Shown: positions 47,309 to 57,452 of the stretch, piece by piece
Layout: each line of letters starts with the position of its first letter
How positions within the stretch are numbered: the first letter of the stretch is position 1
IMG/VR virus record: IMGVR_UViG_3300050821_006652
Source of the DNA: an uncultured virus (IMG/VR IMGVR_UViG_3300050821_006652)
Lineage: Duplodnaviria; Heunggongvirae; Uroviricota; Caudoviricetes
Reading direction: 5' to 3' (one strand)
Length of the DNA stretch: 64,000 nucleotides
Notes under the pieces: model-generated
Databases searched by the model: none
The model's input: the letters and a program-made list of their open reading frames with translations, nothing else
What the model was told of the DNA's origin: nothing
Made by a program: the position numbers and the translations under genes

Positions 47309-47793
47309 GGTCCCTGAATCGGTGTGCCGAGTTGCAATGGCGGCGGTGAATCGCTGCCGAGGATTTGCTGGCTAAACGCCGAGGCCGGAATCGTGTTGTT
47401 CACGGCGGTGCCAATCTCAAATGGCATGATACCCGTCGAAAATGCCGAAGTCAACCCGGTCGGTTTGATATGGACGTAGAGATACTGGCCGGAGAGCGTC
47501 CAGTAGTGGACCCCCTGTTGCGGCTGCGCCATCGGTAGGGTCGCCGCCTGATTGCCGCTGACGAATTGCAAGTTAGAGTTGAGCGAGGCCGGGGAAGGTA
47601 CGGTCGGAGGCGCACCGAACTTGCCTGAGTTGAAGTCCACCGTTTCCATTTCCAGTCCGCCGTGGACGCGGACGATTTTCGGAGGCGTCCCGGCAGGACC
47701 GGCAACGGGAATAACGAGAATGCCCTCATCGCGGACTCGCCTACGGACCACGCCGTATTCTTGTTCCCACGCGCCTTTGACGTTCTCTGCCAT
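47305..47793 (-). CDS. tail protein (hypothetical)
   Basis: coupled to the upstream tail gene. Confidence 0.55.
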   Translation of the reverse strand: MAENVKGAWEQEYGVVRRRVRDEGILVIPVAGPAGTPPKIVRVHGGLEMETVDFNSGKFGAPPTVPSPASLNSNLQFVSGNQAATLPMAQPQQGVHYWTLSGQYLYVHIKPTGLTSAFSTGIMPFEIGTAVNNTIPASAFSQQILGSDSPPPLQLGTPIQGP

Positions 47794-49337
47794 TACAGCA
47801 CCGTGTTGGAAGATGGATAGAGGTTGATGTCGGCAAGGTTCTGATTCGCCGGGATTGCTGGCGGCAGCGTGCAAGGCTGACTGAGGGCTTGGGTGATGAG
47901 CGTCACCAAGAAATTGCCACGGTTGCGGAAGGCGTTTTGAAGGCGCGGCGGGTTGGCCGTGCGGCCAGCAAAGGCAAAGGTCAGCCCATCATTCGCTGAC
48001 TTGGCGTTGTTGAGGACGTGCCCGACGCCGGAATCGGACAGAATGTAAATGGAACTGTTGCCGACTACCACGCCACCGTTCACATCCGTTGGAAACGCCC
48101 CCACAGGTTGCCCGTTTAGCAAGGCGTTGATGTCAGTGGGGTTATTGAAAGTTCCCATCGGGTATCGCTTCGTGAAACTGATTTCAACGTAACGGCCGTT
48201 CAACTGGAAACTGATGCTGATGTCTCTGGAGTATGTCGGCAGCAGAGAGGCCAGGTTGTCGTTGAGGCACGCCATGATGAGCGTGATGCACCATTGCATC
48301 ATCGTGTAATTGTCGTCATAAGGGCCACCCCAGGCTTTTAGCAGAATGTTTACCTTGTGGAGCGGGATGCGTGTGGCGTTGATCGCTACAGCTTTCGCGT
48401 AGTCTCCGAGGCCCATGCCGACCAAGGTAACGGCTGCATTGCCAAGACCCCCAGCGATACCACCGGAGGCGAATCCAGCCGCAATGTCGCGGCCAGCGGT
48501 CAGGGCGTTGAGTCCGGCACCGGCGTAAGCGAGATCCCAATTCAACTGAGATTCATCAAGGCCTACCTGGGACATGCTGGCGGTGTAGTATCCTTCCCAA
48601 CGGTTCACGGGCGAGTTCGGGCCGATGCTGACCGCCAACCGCCTATCCGACACCTGATAGTTGATGGTCACGTTGTCCGCTTCCGCCTCAACGAAGTCGA
48701 TGGTCCGCTGGCAGTAGTCCGGAACCGGGTGCATGAAGTTTCGCCTGTACTGGTCCGGCACCGTGCCGAGCTTCTTCAGCACATCCGAGCGAAAGACCGC
48801 CTTGCCCACCGTTACCAGCGTGGCGAAGTAGTCCTGATCGTAGGCCACCTTGCGTGACCACTCGTGGGAGAGCAGCGGGATATTGCCGCTGCACTCGTTG
48901 ACCAAGCACACGATCTTCAGGTGGATGATGAATGTGCGAAAGCCGTGCGTCTCCGTGACGTTGCACTCCTCGACGTATGGCCCGTTCTCCGCATCGGTGG
49001 TGTAACCGGGGGCAGGGCATTGGAGCAAGACGTTGTCGCCGGACTGGTAGATGATGGTGGGGCGCGGTTGCATCAGATAGTGGCGGATACTCTGATCGGT
49101 TATGGCCGCTGGCTGCCCATCGAGCAAGATAGGTGGACCGGCTCTGCCAGCCGTGTACGAAGTGGCGAGCGGACTCCACACGGCGTTGACCTCGAACGTC
49201 CACCGTGTTTGCTGGTAGGTCTTGTTCTCGCTGAGGACGGTTTCCCGGCGCACGATGTCCGTGTCGCGCATCTCCAACTCGACCACGCCGATCTTGAGCA
49301 TGGTCCCGGTCTGATTGCCGAAGTAAGCCCGAGGCAT
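47793..49337 (-). CDS. tail protein (distal-tail slot)
   Basis: directly follows the tape-measure-slot gene. Confidence 0.6.
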   Translation of the reverse strand: MPRAYFGNQTGTMLKIGVVELEMRDTDIVRRETVLSENKTYQQTRWTFEVNAVWSPLATSYTAGRAGPPILLDGQPAAITDQSIRHYLMQPRPTIIYQSGDNVLLQCPAPGYTTDAENGPYVEECNVTETHGFRTFIIHLKIVCLVNECSGNIPLLSHEWSRKVAYDQDYFATLVTVGKAVFRSDVLKKLGTVPDQYRRNFMHPVPDYCQRTIDFVEAEADNVTINYQVSDRRLAVSIGPNSPVNRWEGYYTASMSQVGLDESQLNWDLAYAGAGLNALTAGRDIAAGFASGGIAGGLGNAAVTLVGMGLGDYAKAVAINATRIPLHKVNILLKAWGGPYDDNYTMMQWCITLIMACLNDNLASLLPTYSRDISISFQLNGRYVEISFTKRYPMGTFNNPTDINALLNGQPVGAFPTDVNGGVVVGNSSIYILSDSGVGHVLNNAKSANDGLTFAFAGRTANPPRLQNAFRNRGNFLVTLITQALSQPCTLPPAIPANQNLADINLYPSSNTVL

Positions 49338-49338
49338 G

Positions 49339-52300
49339 TTACCCTCTTATCCGTCTGCCCACCATCGCTCCACCGCCCGCCGCAATCGGCAGCGGTGAAC
49401 GCGGCGGCGGCATTTGGGTCTGTGGTGCCTGCCGCTCTTGGACCGGGTGTCCACCTTGTTGCCCACGGTCCATCTTATCAGTTAATTTCTCGATAGCGGA
49501 AATCAGCTTGTCCAGTTTCGCGGATAGGTCGGTTTCCTTGCCGGGAGTGGCTCCAAGCGGTCCGGTCGGAGACGACGCCGGGAGTGCGGCAGGTCCAGGT
49601 CCGCCAGCATCCGGTTGCGGCCCGGCTGGACCAGCGACCGCCGCCGCCATCGGTGCGCTGTCCTTGAGGCTCTGGTAGTCTTCGTACTTTTTGGTCTGTT
49701 CTTCGTGCTTGGCTTTCTTTTGCCAGAACGTCTCGCCGCTGAACCCGGTCAAGCCCCGGAAGAACCGCATCGCGGCCCCTTCGAGCGGCTTGGGCTTCTT
49801 CGGGATCGGTCCCGCACGCTTGGCGGTCGGCGGTTTCTTTGGCCGTTGGCTGGTGGACGGTTCAGACTCCACTTTGGTATCCGGTCCAGCCTCATCGCCG
49901 GTGCTTTGCGCCGCCGTCTCGTCAGCCGCAGGCATCGGCATCGGTTCGCCGGAATCGGCAAGCTGTGTTTGTTTCGCCAGGCCGCCCCACATCTTCGCCA
50001 GAAAACCCATCGCATGAGGGGGAGCAAGATGCGTTTTCTTCGCGGCCTTTACCGGGCTTGATGCCGGAACAGCCGCCGGTGCCGGTTCGTCGGCAGGCGT
50101 GGCAAGGGCAAGTTTCATGGCGTTCGCCGGCATCCGCTCGGCTTGCGGAGGTTGTGCGGCTGGTTCGGGGAAGTCGAAGGAATCGCTCTTCGCGGCGGGT
50201 TGCGGCATGGCCCACTCGTCAGGTTCTTCGTTCGCTTCATTCTCAATCGCCTCTTCTGTAACCTTGCTGGGCTGTTTCAGCGACCGCAGGGCTTCATTCG
50301 CCCGCCGGTCCGCTTCGGCACGAACCGCCTTCTTGTCGATCTTCGGATGCTCGACCGGATTCGTCAGATACCGGAATGCTTCCGCGCTGGCCTTTGAGGT
50401 CCGCTCCTCCATCTCTTCGTATGTCGGTTCATAGCCAGCCGTCTCGAATAGTTCTTCATTCTCGCTGGCAAACAAGTCCCATTTCGGGACAACCGCTTCA
50501 TCCTGTTCCGCGATGAATTGCAAAACCTCTTGGTTGCTCCGCTTCCTCTTCTCGCCTTCCTTGCCCGTCATGAACTCCCGCATGGCCGGGTGCATCTCTT
50601 CCAGTGGAGTGATGCCGACTTGCTTGAGAGCGAAGGAGCGAGCGGCAGCGGATATATCCGCTTGCCGCGTCTGATGTTCAAAGTCGGGATGACGCCGATG
50701 TTCGTCTTCGACTTGTTCACGCAATTCCTCGCGCTTGCGCTTGAGGAAAGCCCGGTCCCCAGGCGTGAGGCTCTTGGACGGCAGCGGTTCGTCTTTCTGC
50801 TTGGCTGCGGCAGGTTCGGTAATCGCTTCCCCGCCCTCATGCTTCTGGACTTCCCCACCCTTGCCATAAACCCACGGCGCTATCTCGCCCTGTAGCTGCC
50901 CGGCTTCCTTCTGGTACTTCTGGAAGCGGTGCATGGCCTGCGCTCTGGCCCGCGCCAGTTCCTTTTCCCGCGTCTGCTCTATCCATCCTTCGGCACCACT
51001 CCCCAACTCCTTGCGTCTTTTTTCGGCACGTTCATTCACGTCCTGTTCAACACGGCGCAGCCATGCGTCTTGCTGGTCGGTCTGTTCGGGCGTCAACACA
51101 GCCGTTTGCGGCTTCGCGGCTGGTCGAGGCTGATGCACCCACCCTTGCGAATAATCGCGCGGCGTCACGCCAGGGGCAGGCGTCTCTTGATGGTGAAGTG
51201 GCGTGTGAGGCGCGACGCGCGTCTCCGCATAGGCCGATTCTCCTACCGACCCCCCATCGGCAAATGTCTGGTCTGCCTTGTTCAGCCTGTCCATCCCCGT
51301 CTTGCCGATGGCTTGCGCCGTTTCCTTCGGCACCACGGCCTCTTGCCCTTCGAGCATCGCCTTGCCGCCGCCCTCGACCGTGGCGGGCACCGTGTCGCCC
51401 TCAGAAGGGCCAGGCACGATCTTGGCCCCCAGACCGTCTTGGACCGCCCCAGGGCCTCCCAGGGCCTTCACCGCCTTTTCGCGGAGAACATGGTCCCCAG
51501 GTTGGAGAGCGATCTCGCCACCTTCCGCGTAGTGGCCCTTCGCCGCCTCTTGCAAGGACTGGCCTTCGTTGACCGACTTGCCGACAGCGGCGGGATTCGG
51601 CTGTTTCTTGCCGCCAGTCAGCTTTGACAGGCCATAGGCGATGACCGGGGATGGAATCCAAGGCGGAACCCCAGCAATGTCGATGCCAGCGGCCACGGAT
51701 GCGGCCATTGAAGCGGTGGAGAGGCCGTAACTGGCCGCGCCTATCGGCCCCCACTTCTTCGCTGTTTCCACCGGATGCGTGACGGCATGGCCGACGCTCT
51801 TGGCAGCGGAGGCGATCTTGCCGCCCATGCCGTAGACATGTTGCACGCGCTGAAACTCAAGGTCTTTGTTGTATTTCCCGCGAGTCGTCGCCACCTGTTG
51901 CAATTGCGTATCAGTGGCTTTTTTACTTACGATGGCCGAGGCGGTTGAACCGAATGATACGTCTGGAATGGCCCCAACACGAGGAAGAGTATTCCACTCA
52001 TCATCCGACCATTCGCCCTTCGTCCTGCTGGATACGAATTCATAGGAGTATTTATCTGGATTGTTAGCCAACAAACTTTCAACCGCTTCGTTTATTTCTT
52101 CCTTGGCAACATTGGCGTGTCGTTCATACAGTTCACCAAGATGGATGCCGCCCCTGGCATCTATCGTGGTCGCTAGATCCTTTTCGCTTGGCGCTCTGCT
52201 CTCCCAAGTCTTTAGCGAACTTCCAAAAGCCGCCCTCAAATCATCCGTGCCGAGGCCGTCAATGTCTTCCTCTTCATAACCCTGGCTTCTTGCGGCATCC

Positions 52301-52929
52301 TCTAATCTTGCTCGGGGCGAACTAAGAAAGCCTGTTGAGGATTCGGTGACATCGCCTCCCCCCGCATACGGCACCGGACCCTCGACTTCCCCGCCCTCTT
52401 TATACCCCCGCTTGATCTGCTTCATCTCCCGCAGGTGCTTGCCGTAGGTCTTGATCGCGTCGATACCGGCCTTGCACTCCTCTTGCATCTTTACAAGAGA
52501 CGCCTGAATCACATCGGCGTCGGCCTGACTGAAATCAGGATCGTTCGCCGTTCCATAGTAATCAACAGCCTGAGCCTCGACGATCTTGTCTTGGAGTTCG
52601 CGCAGGAGGTCCAGTCGGTCCCTAGCACTATCGGAGTGGAGGACAGACTGTGCCAGTGTTTCGACTTCACTGAATACGGCATGGTCAGGGTTGTCGGTTT
52701 CCCAAGCGGGATAATCGAACTGCGACCAGATCGCCCTGACGTGCGGCTCAATCGCCTCTTTCGCGGCTTCGGCATCCGCCTTCACCGCATCGAACGCCCC
52801 ACGCCGCCCAGCCTTCGCGTCCTCGATCTTCTTCAACGCCAGCCGAGCGCGTTCACCGAAAGCCGGTTTCGCTGCCGGCACAGTCTCTTCCGGCGTGCCT
52901 TCATCGGGGAATAGGGTAGGCTCAGCCAT
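49339..52929 (-). CDS. large tape-measure-slot / internal virion protein
   Basis: follows the frameshifted chaperone; ~1196 aa; repeated [YF]xxGG motifs. Confidence 0.65.
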   Translation of the reverse strand: MAEPTLFPDEGTPEETVPAAKPAFGERARLALKKIEDAKAGRRGAFDAVKADAEAAKEAIEPHVRAIWSQFDYPAWETDNPDHAVFSEVETLAQSVLHSDSARDRLDLLRELQDKIVEAQAVDYYGTANDPDFSQADADVIQASLVKMQEECKAGIDAIKTYGKHLREMKQIKRGYKEGGEVEGPVPYAGGGDVTESSTGFLSSPRARLEDAARSQGYEEEDIDGLGTDDLRAAFGSSLKTWESRAPSEKDLATTIDARGGIHLGELYERHANVAKEEINEAVESLLANNPDKYSYEFVSSRTKGEWSDDEWNTLPRVGAIPDVSFGSTASAIVSKKATDTQLQQVATTRGKYNKDLEFQRVQHVYGMGGKIASAAKSVGHAVTHPVETAKKWGPIGAASYGLSTASMAASVAAGIDIAGVPPWIPSPVIAYGLSKLTGGKKQPNPAAVGKSVNEGQSLQEAAKGHYAEGGEIALQPGDHVLREKAVKALGGPGAVQDGLGAKIVPGPSEGDTVPATVEGGGKAMLEGQEAVVPKETAQAIGKTGMDRLNKADQTFADGGSVGESAYAETRVAPHTPLHHQETPAPGVTPRDYSQGWVHQPRPAAKPQTAVLTPEQTDQQDAWLRRVEQDVNERAEKRRKELGSGAEGWIEQTREKELARARAQAMHRFQKYQKEAGQLQGEIAPWVYGKGGEVQKHEGGEAITEPAAAKQKDEPLPSKSLTPGDRAFLKRKREELREQVEDEHRRHPDFEHQTRQADISAAARSFALKQVGITPLEEMHPAMREFMTGKEGEKRKRSNQEVLQFIAEQDEAVVPKWDLFASENEELFETAGYEPTYEEMEERTSKASAEAFRYLTNPVEHPKIDKKAVRAEADRRANEALRSLKQPSKVTEEAIENEANEEPDEWAMPQPAAKSDSFDFPEPAAQPPQAERMPANAMKLALATPADEPAPAAVPASSPVKAAKKTHLAPPHAMGFLAKMWGGLAKQTQLADSGEPMPMPAADETAAQSTGDEAGPDTKVESEPSTSQRPKKPPTAKRAGPIPKKPKPLEGAAMRFFRGLTGFSGETFWQKKAKHEEQTKKYEDYQSLKDSAPMAAAVAGPAGPQPDAGGPGPAALPASSPTGPLGATPGKETDLSAKLDKLISAIEKLTDKMDRGQQGGHPVQERQAPQTQMPPPRSPLPIAAGGGAMVGRRIRG

Positions 52930-53218
52930 GCTTTTTCTTCCTTTGCACCCTTGCCCGCGCCCGTGCTGCGTTCTCTTTCCGTTCCAGCCGGTCAACTTCG
53001 CTCGCATCCAGCGCGATCGCATCGAAGTAGCCGCGTGGCAAATCCGCTATCGAATTCGCCATCTCCACCCCAGCCTTCACCGCCGCCGCCTTCTGCCACC
53101 GTATCCGCCGAATGTTCAGGTACAGCCCGACGTAATCCCCATAGCTCAGACCGGCAGGGAGGCCGCCACCGAAGGCGGCGATAACGTCGGCTGGTCGCCG
53201 CCACTCTCCACTTTTTTT
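52922..53218 (-). CDS. -1 frameshift extension of the tail assembly chaperone (gpGT-like)
   Basis: A AAA AAA slippery site at 53212-53218; the -1 frame stays open for ~96 codons to TGA at 52922. Confidence 0.75.
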   Translation of the reverse strand, partial: KKSGEWRRPADVIAAFGGGLPAGLSYGDYVGLYLNIRRIRWQKAAAVKAGVEMANSIADLPRGYFDAIALDASEVDRLERKENAARARARVQRKKKHG

Positions 53219-53622
53219 TCAAGGAACTTCTGGAACTTGTTCCACAACTCGTTCAGCATCTTCCGCGTACACCCCTTCCCCGTCCGCCGGTCGAACGGCT
53301 GCACCTGGAAGGCGTACCGCACCATTTCATAGAACCGCTCTTGATCTTCCGGGGACGGCTGTTGCCAGTGTCCTTTTTCCGTACCGTCCTCATTGAAACC
53401 AGCCTTGTCGATGGTTTGCTCTCCCTCTTCCGTGGTCAAGGAGGCAATGGCCGGTTGCCAGCGCGGACACCCATCTAACCGGACCCTCTCCGGATCTCCA
53501 CCGGAGAAGATGTCGAAGCGCTGGTTGATTTCCAGCGGGTCGCCCAGCAAGTCCTGGGTGCCGTCGCTGTACGGGAAGATGAGGGTTTGCTCTTTGCTGA
53601 AGAAGGGGACTTGATCCGGCAT
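53146..53622 (-). CDS. tail assembly chaperone (gpG-like)
   Basis: between tail tube and tape-measure slot; ends LEKK at the slippery site. Confidence 0.75.
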   Translation of the reverse strand: MPDQVPFFSKEQTLIFPYSDGTQDLLGDPLEINQRFDIFSGGDPERVRLDGCPRWQPAIASLTTEEGEQTIDKAGFNEDGTEKGHWQQPSPEDQERFYEMVRYAFQVQPFDRRTGKGCTRKMLNELWNKFQKFLEKKVESGGDQPTLSPPSVAASLPV

Positions 53623-53636
53623 CGTGCATCCTTTCG

Positions 53637-53678
53637 ATAAAAAATGGCCGCGAGAGAACCCAATCTCTCACGGCCATT
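53637..53678 (-). terminator. intrinsic terminator after the tail tube gene
   Basis: ATGGCCGTGAGAG/CTCTCGCGGCCAT followed by TTTTT. Confidence 0.8.
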
Positions 53679-53701
53679 CTAAGGTAGCACGTCGAATAAT
53701 G

Positions 53702-54292
53702 CTAGTTAATCGGCAGGTTCTTCACCAGCGTCATGTCGTGATCGTACAGTTGCAGCGTGCTGGTCACGGCGCTCGTGCCGATAGTCACCTTACGCTGCGC
53801 CTTCCAAATCACCTGTTGCTGATAGTCTCCCGAGCCCGGCTTGATCTTGTCGGGGCCGATGATGAACGTGGAAAAGAAGTGGAAGCCGGGGATGAGTCCG
53901 GCCAGCACCATGCCCGCCACGATGTTGCGCGGGAAGAATATCCACAAGGGGAAACCCTGTTTTTCCTGGGTCATCAGCGTGCCGTAATCGCCCAGCACGT
54001 TCGATCCCGGGACGGAGGCTTGATTCGCGGCGTTGTTGCCGATGAAGGGCCGCGTCATCATCTTGAGCAAGATCGGGAAGTTGAAGCGGTTGAGCATCAC
54101 TTCAATGTCACCCTCTTGCCCCTGATAGCTCCGGTCACCGGGCAGTTCCGTGCCGAAGAGATCATTCATGATTTCTTTGAAGCGGGTGTCGAGGCTGAGG
54201 TCCGGACCCTCGACGCCGGTGCCGATGAACGTTGGGCCAGCGCCAATGTCGGCAAAGAGCAAAGCCGGGCCGGTTGAGTAGATGCTCGCCAT
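53702..54292 (-). CDS. probable major tail tube protein
   Basis: 196 aa, AGGAG RBS, followed by terminator and chaperone. Confidence 0.65.
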   Translation of the reverse strand: MASIYSTGPALLFADIGAGPTFIGTGVEGPDLSLDTRFKEIMNDLFGTELPGDRSYQGQEGDIEVMLNRFNFPILLKMMTRPFIGNNAANQASVPGSNVLGDYGTLMTQEKQGFPLWIFFPRNIVAGMVLAGLIPGFHFFSTFIIGPDKIKPGSGDYQQQVIWKAQRKVTIGTSAVTSTLQLYDHDMTLVKNLPIN

Positions 54293-54301
54293 GAAAATCT
54301 C

Positions 54302-54835
54302 CTAGCCAACCATCGGCCAGCGGTTCGCCCGCCGCCCGAAAAAGTCCTTCGTTATGACCGTCAACCCATCCCTGGCGTCAACGTCCTGAGTCGTCTCGGC
54401 CTGGGCCTCGATGATTCCCGCCTTGGCCACTTCCTGAAAAGCGAAGATCATATCACCGTTCGAGAGGGCCGTCAGCCACGCTTCCGACCGCTTCATCACA
54501 TCCGGATCACTGGCCAATGTCGGCCGCCGCTCGAACAGCAACGCCATCGTCACGTCCGAGATTATCTGGTACATCAACCCTTGGGACGGGCTCCCAACCG
54601 GCAACGCCAGCAAATCGGCAAGGGCATATCGTTCACCCCTGAACACCGCCGACTCAAAAAACCCCGAAGCCCGGACCAGCATCGCCGCAAGATTCTTGTC
54701 TGTCGGAAGATTAGCGGCTGGCACTCGGTTCCCATCATCGCCGCACAAATCCCCGACCGTGTTTACGTCCTTCCCCTTCAAGAACTCGGCCACGGGAAGG
54801 TAACTGCCAGTGTTTCCAATCGGCGTCATCGGCAT
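54302..54835 (-). CDS. head-tail adaptor (Mu gp36/DUF1320-like)
   Basis: Y....EF, L..ASG..ES...RY, WL..L..G pattern. Confidence 0.6.
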   Translation of the reverse strand: MPMTPIGNTGSYLPVAEFLKGKDVNTVGDLCGDDGNRVPAANLPTDKNLAAMLVRASGFFESAVFRGERYALADLLALPVGSPSQGLMYQIISDVTMALLFERRPTLASDPDVMKRSEAWLTALSNGDMIFAFQEVAKAGIIEAQAETTQDVDARDGLTVITKDFFGRRANRWPMVG

Positions 54836-54837
54836 GG

Positions 54838-55452
54838 TTACACGCAAGTTGTTCCGGACATCGAAACCGACTCGAAAGTATGGGCACCACCCGCCGCCGT
54901 GAATTCCAACGTCATCGCCGTGGCCGCCGTACCGGGAATATTCAACCCCGACAGATTGATCGTGGAGAAGGCCCCCGCCGTGGCGGGAATGGCAATCGTC
55001 CAGGTCATCAAGATCGTCCCGGCACCCGTGGCCCCGTCTCGCAGGTTGACGGTCAGCACCGTTGCTGCCGGAGCGGTCGAATCGCCTGCGAGGTTGATCG
55101 AGACTGCTTGGCAGACATTTCGAACCCCCGCGCCGCCCGCAGCTTGGTTGCACGTCGCCTTCACGTTCACCGCAGGTCCGTGCGTTGCCGCCCATTGCCC
55201 TGGCTCTGTCACAAGCTGCGCGTTCACGCTTGATTGGGCTGCGAGGTTAGCCGCCGATCCGCTCAGGAATGGATTGGTGCCGTCGCCCGGAGCCACGAAT
55301 TTTGACCGGGCAATCACGTCTCCAGACGGAGCCACGTTGCCACTCGCATCCATCGAGATGTCGAAGTTGGCATAGACACCGCCGCCCGTGTCCTTGGCCT
55401 TGCGGGTCTGCGTGGTTCCGTCGCCGGCACGGAATTTATAATTGTCGGCCAC
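54838..55452 (-). CDS. virion structural protein
   Basis: Ala/Thr/Gly-rich, in the head module. Confidence 0.6.
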   Translation of the reverse strand: MADNYKFRAGDGTTQTRKAKDTGGGVYANFDISMDASGNVAPSGDVIARSKFVAPGDGTNPFLSGSAANLAAQSSVNAQLVTEPGQWAATHGPAVNVKATCNQAAGGAGVRNVCQAVSINLAGDSTAPAATVLTVNLRDGATGAGTILMTWTIAIPATAGAFSTINLSGLNIPGTAATAMTLEFTAAGGAHTFESVSMSGTTCV

Positions 55453-55463
55453 TTGTCACCCCT

Positions 55464-55904
55464 TTAATCAACGGCCATAAACACGCTATTGTCCTCAAGC
55501 GAGTAGTCCAGCCCGGCCAAAGGCATGTTCGACCGAACCTTGTGGGCCACCGTGATCTTCCCAGGCACCGCCCCGCCGCCAGACGCCAGAGTTATCGTCA
55601 TGGCCCGCCCAGGCGTCCCCTGTTTCGGGAAGGCGAAGGTGATGTCGAACACCCCGGCTGCCGGAATATCCACGTTCGCAATCACGTCCGCTCCATCGGC
55701 CACTTGCAGGTTCCCGCCCGTCGGCGTCGTGGCGTAACTCACAATCGCTTGCTTCACAACATGCGCCCAGCCATCGCCAACTGCCGGGTAGGTGATGATC
55801 GCCGCCGCCCCCGTCCCGGCTGCCACATCGCTTGTGAAGCCGACTTCCGGAGCCTCTTGGACAAGCTGCGGCTCCCTGGCCAAATCCAACGGTTCGGCTT
55901 CCAT
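55464..55904 (-). CDS. virion structural protein
   Basis: beta-rich, directly after the capsid gene. Confidence 0.55.
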   Translation of the reverse strand: MEAEPLDLAREPQLVQEAPEVGFTSDVAAGTGAAAIITYPAVGDGWAHVVKQAIVSYATTPTGGNLQVADGADVIANVDIPAAGVFDITFAFPKQGTPGRAMTITLASGGGAVPGKITVAHKVRSNMPLAGLDYSLEDNSVFMAVD

Positions 55905-55914
55905 CTCAGCCCCC

Positions 55915-56991
55915 TTAGCCGATGATGTTGGTGATCTGGTAGCCAGCCAGCGCCCCAGCCAGTTCGATGTCGATGGCTTCCGAAGCGTGGGTGCGCGTCA
56001 GCCGATCTTCCGAATCCGGGTACGCTTCCAGTTCCAGAAGTCCGCCGTGGTGGAAAGCCTGGATCGTGGAGAAGGAAGTCGAGTTCGGGGCACCGTCCAA
56101 GCTGCCGGGCCGGGCAATGATGTACGCCGTGCCCGAGGGCAGGATGAACTTGCGGTCCACGTCGATCACCGCTTCCGTCCCGTCCGCTCGCGGAACCGAG
56201 GTCACGATGGGGGAATCCTCCACAACGATGGGGAGGGCGGCGATCTGCGGCGGGCAACCGTACAGGTTCTTCATCGTCGCCACTTCGCCCTCAAGCTGGT
56301 TCTTGGCGAGGACCGTGTGGTTCAGCAAGTCACGCACTTCGGGGGTCAGACCGATCCGGATCGCGTCGTCCGGGTTCAGGAGCAGCATCAAGTCGTCGTA
56401 ATCGACTTCGGCGTTCGTGATGAGCTTGATGTTGCGGACGGCGTTCACCAAGGTCTGGCTGATCGCCTGATAGTTCGGGTTGTTCGGATCGTTGCTGGCC
56501 TTGTTCCAGAATCCCCGGCCCTTATTGAGAACATTGGCGTCGGCAGAGTTGCCCTGCCAGTTGCCGGTGATGAGCTGGTTGACGGCGAGTTGAGTCCGCC
56601 CGGTCATCATCACCGACGCGCACCGCCGCATATCCGTGGCCAGGATGTCCCAGCGGTGGGACTGCTCGTTTTCCAGCCAAGGAACGTTGCCTGACTCATC
56701 GCGGCGGATGCACACGCCGGTCTGCTCGGCGAAGAGCGTGGCCTTGTCATTGCCGCGCGACTTGCGGGAGGCACCGGACGGCCACACCATCTCGTTCGTG
56801 TTGACGACGCGCACCGAGGCATCACGCGACAGGCGCATCCACAGGAATTGCATCGTCTTGACAGGGACGTATTGCATCCACTTGTTGATCGTGAAGTTTT
56901 CCGGCTTGCGCATCCACGCGATGATCTGCCCCACGTCGGACGGCAGAACCACGTTCGTTGCGCTTGGTGCCCGAAACGTTGAAAGAGCCAT
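55915..56991 (-). CDS. major capsid protein
   Basis: 358 aa, after scaffold and decoration genes; C-terminal AGYQITNI typical of gpE/Mu-like capsids. Confidence 0.75.
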   Translation of the reverse strand: MALSTFRAPSATNVVLPSDVGQIIAWMRKPENFTINKWMQYVPVKTMQFLWMRLSRDASVRVVNTNEMVWPSGASRKSRGNDKATLFAEQTGVCIRRDESGNVPWLENEQSHRWDILATDMRRCASVMMTGRTQLAVNQLITGNWQGNSADANVLNKGRGFWNKASNDPNNPNYQAISQTLVNAVRNIKLITNAEVDYDDLMLLLNPDDAIRIGLTPEVRDLLNHTVLAKNQLEGEVATMKNLYGCPPQIAALPIVVEDSPIVTSVPRADGTEAVIDVDRKFILPSGTAYIIARPGSLDGAPNSTSFSTIQAFHHGGLLELEAYPDSEDRLTRTHASEAIDIELAGALAGYQITNIIG

Positions 56992-57021
56992 CTTGAAACC
57001 CCTTTGCTTGGGAAAACTTCG

Positions 57022-57441
57022 CTAACTCGAAATCTGCGCCGGGAAGATCAACTGCACCGGGATCAGGTCGCCCAGCACTCCGGAGCGGAGAGCAATCGCG
57101 CCCACTTCGTCCTTGTCGGTCACGGTGGTCAGCGCCACGCCGAGGGCGCCGGACTTGAGCCGGTCCCGCCGCGTGATCGTGCCGCCGGCTTCGACCAGAA
57201 TTTCCATGCCGTGCTCGCCAGGTCCATAGACATTGAGCTGGCCACCGGCGATTGCCGCATAGCCGTCGTCGATGTTGAAGTTCCCATCCGAGAACGGCGG
57301 GTTGCGGACGCCCTTCTGAGACACGCCGAAAATCTGATCCCCCGCTCCGCATACCAGGACTTGGCCGGGAGTCGTCGTGTCTTCCTTCACGAAACGGCAA
57401 GGAGGGATATTGCCGCCAGCAATTGCGCCAAAGAACGCCAT
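57022..57441 (-). CDS. capsid decoration/cement protein (DUF2190-like)
   Basis: AGGNI.P.RFVK...GVS...VEAGGTI..GD.LKS...G.A...AIAL...GDLIPV. Confidence 0.7.
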   Translation of the reverse strand: MAFFGAIAGGNIPPCRFVKEDTTTPGQVLVCGAGDQIFGVSQKGVRNPPFSDGNFNIDDGYAAIAGGQLNVYGPGEHGMEILVEAGGTITRRDRLKSGALGVALTTVTDKDEVGAIALRSGVLGDLIPVQLIFPAQISS

Positions 57442-57452
57442 GAGTCACCTCG

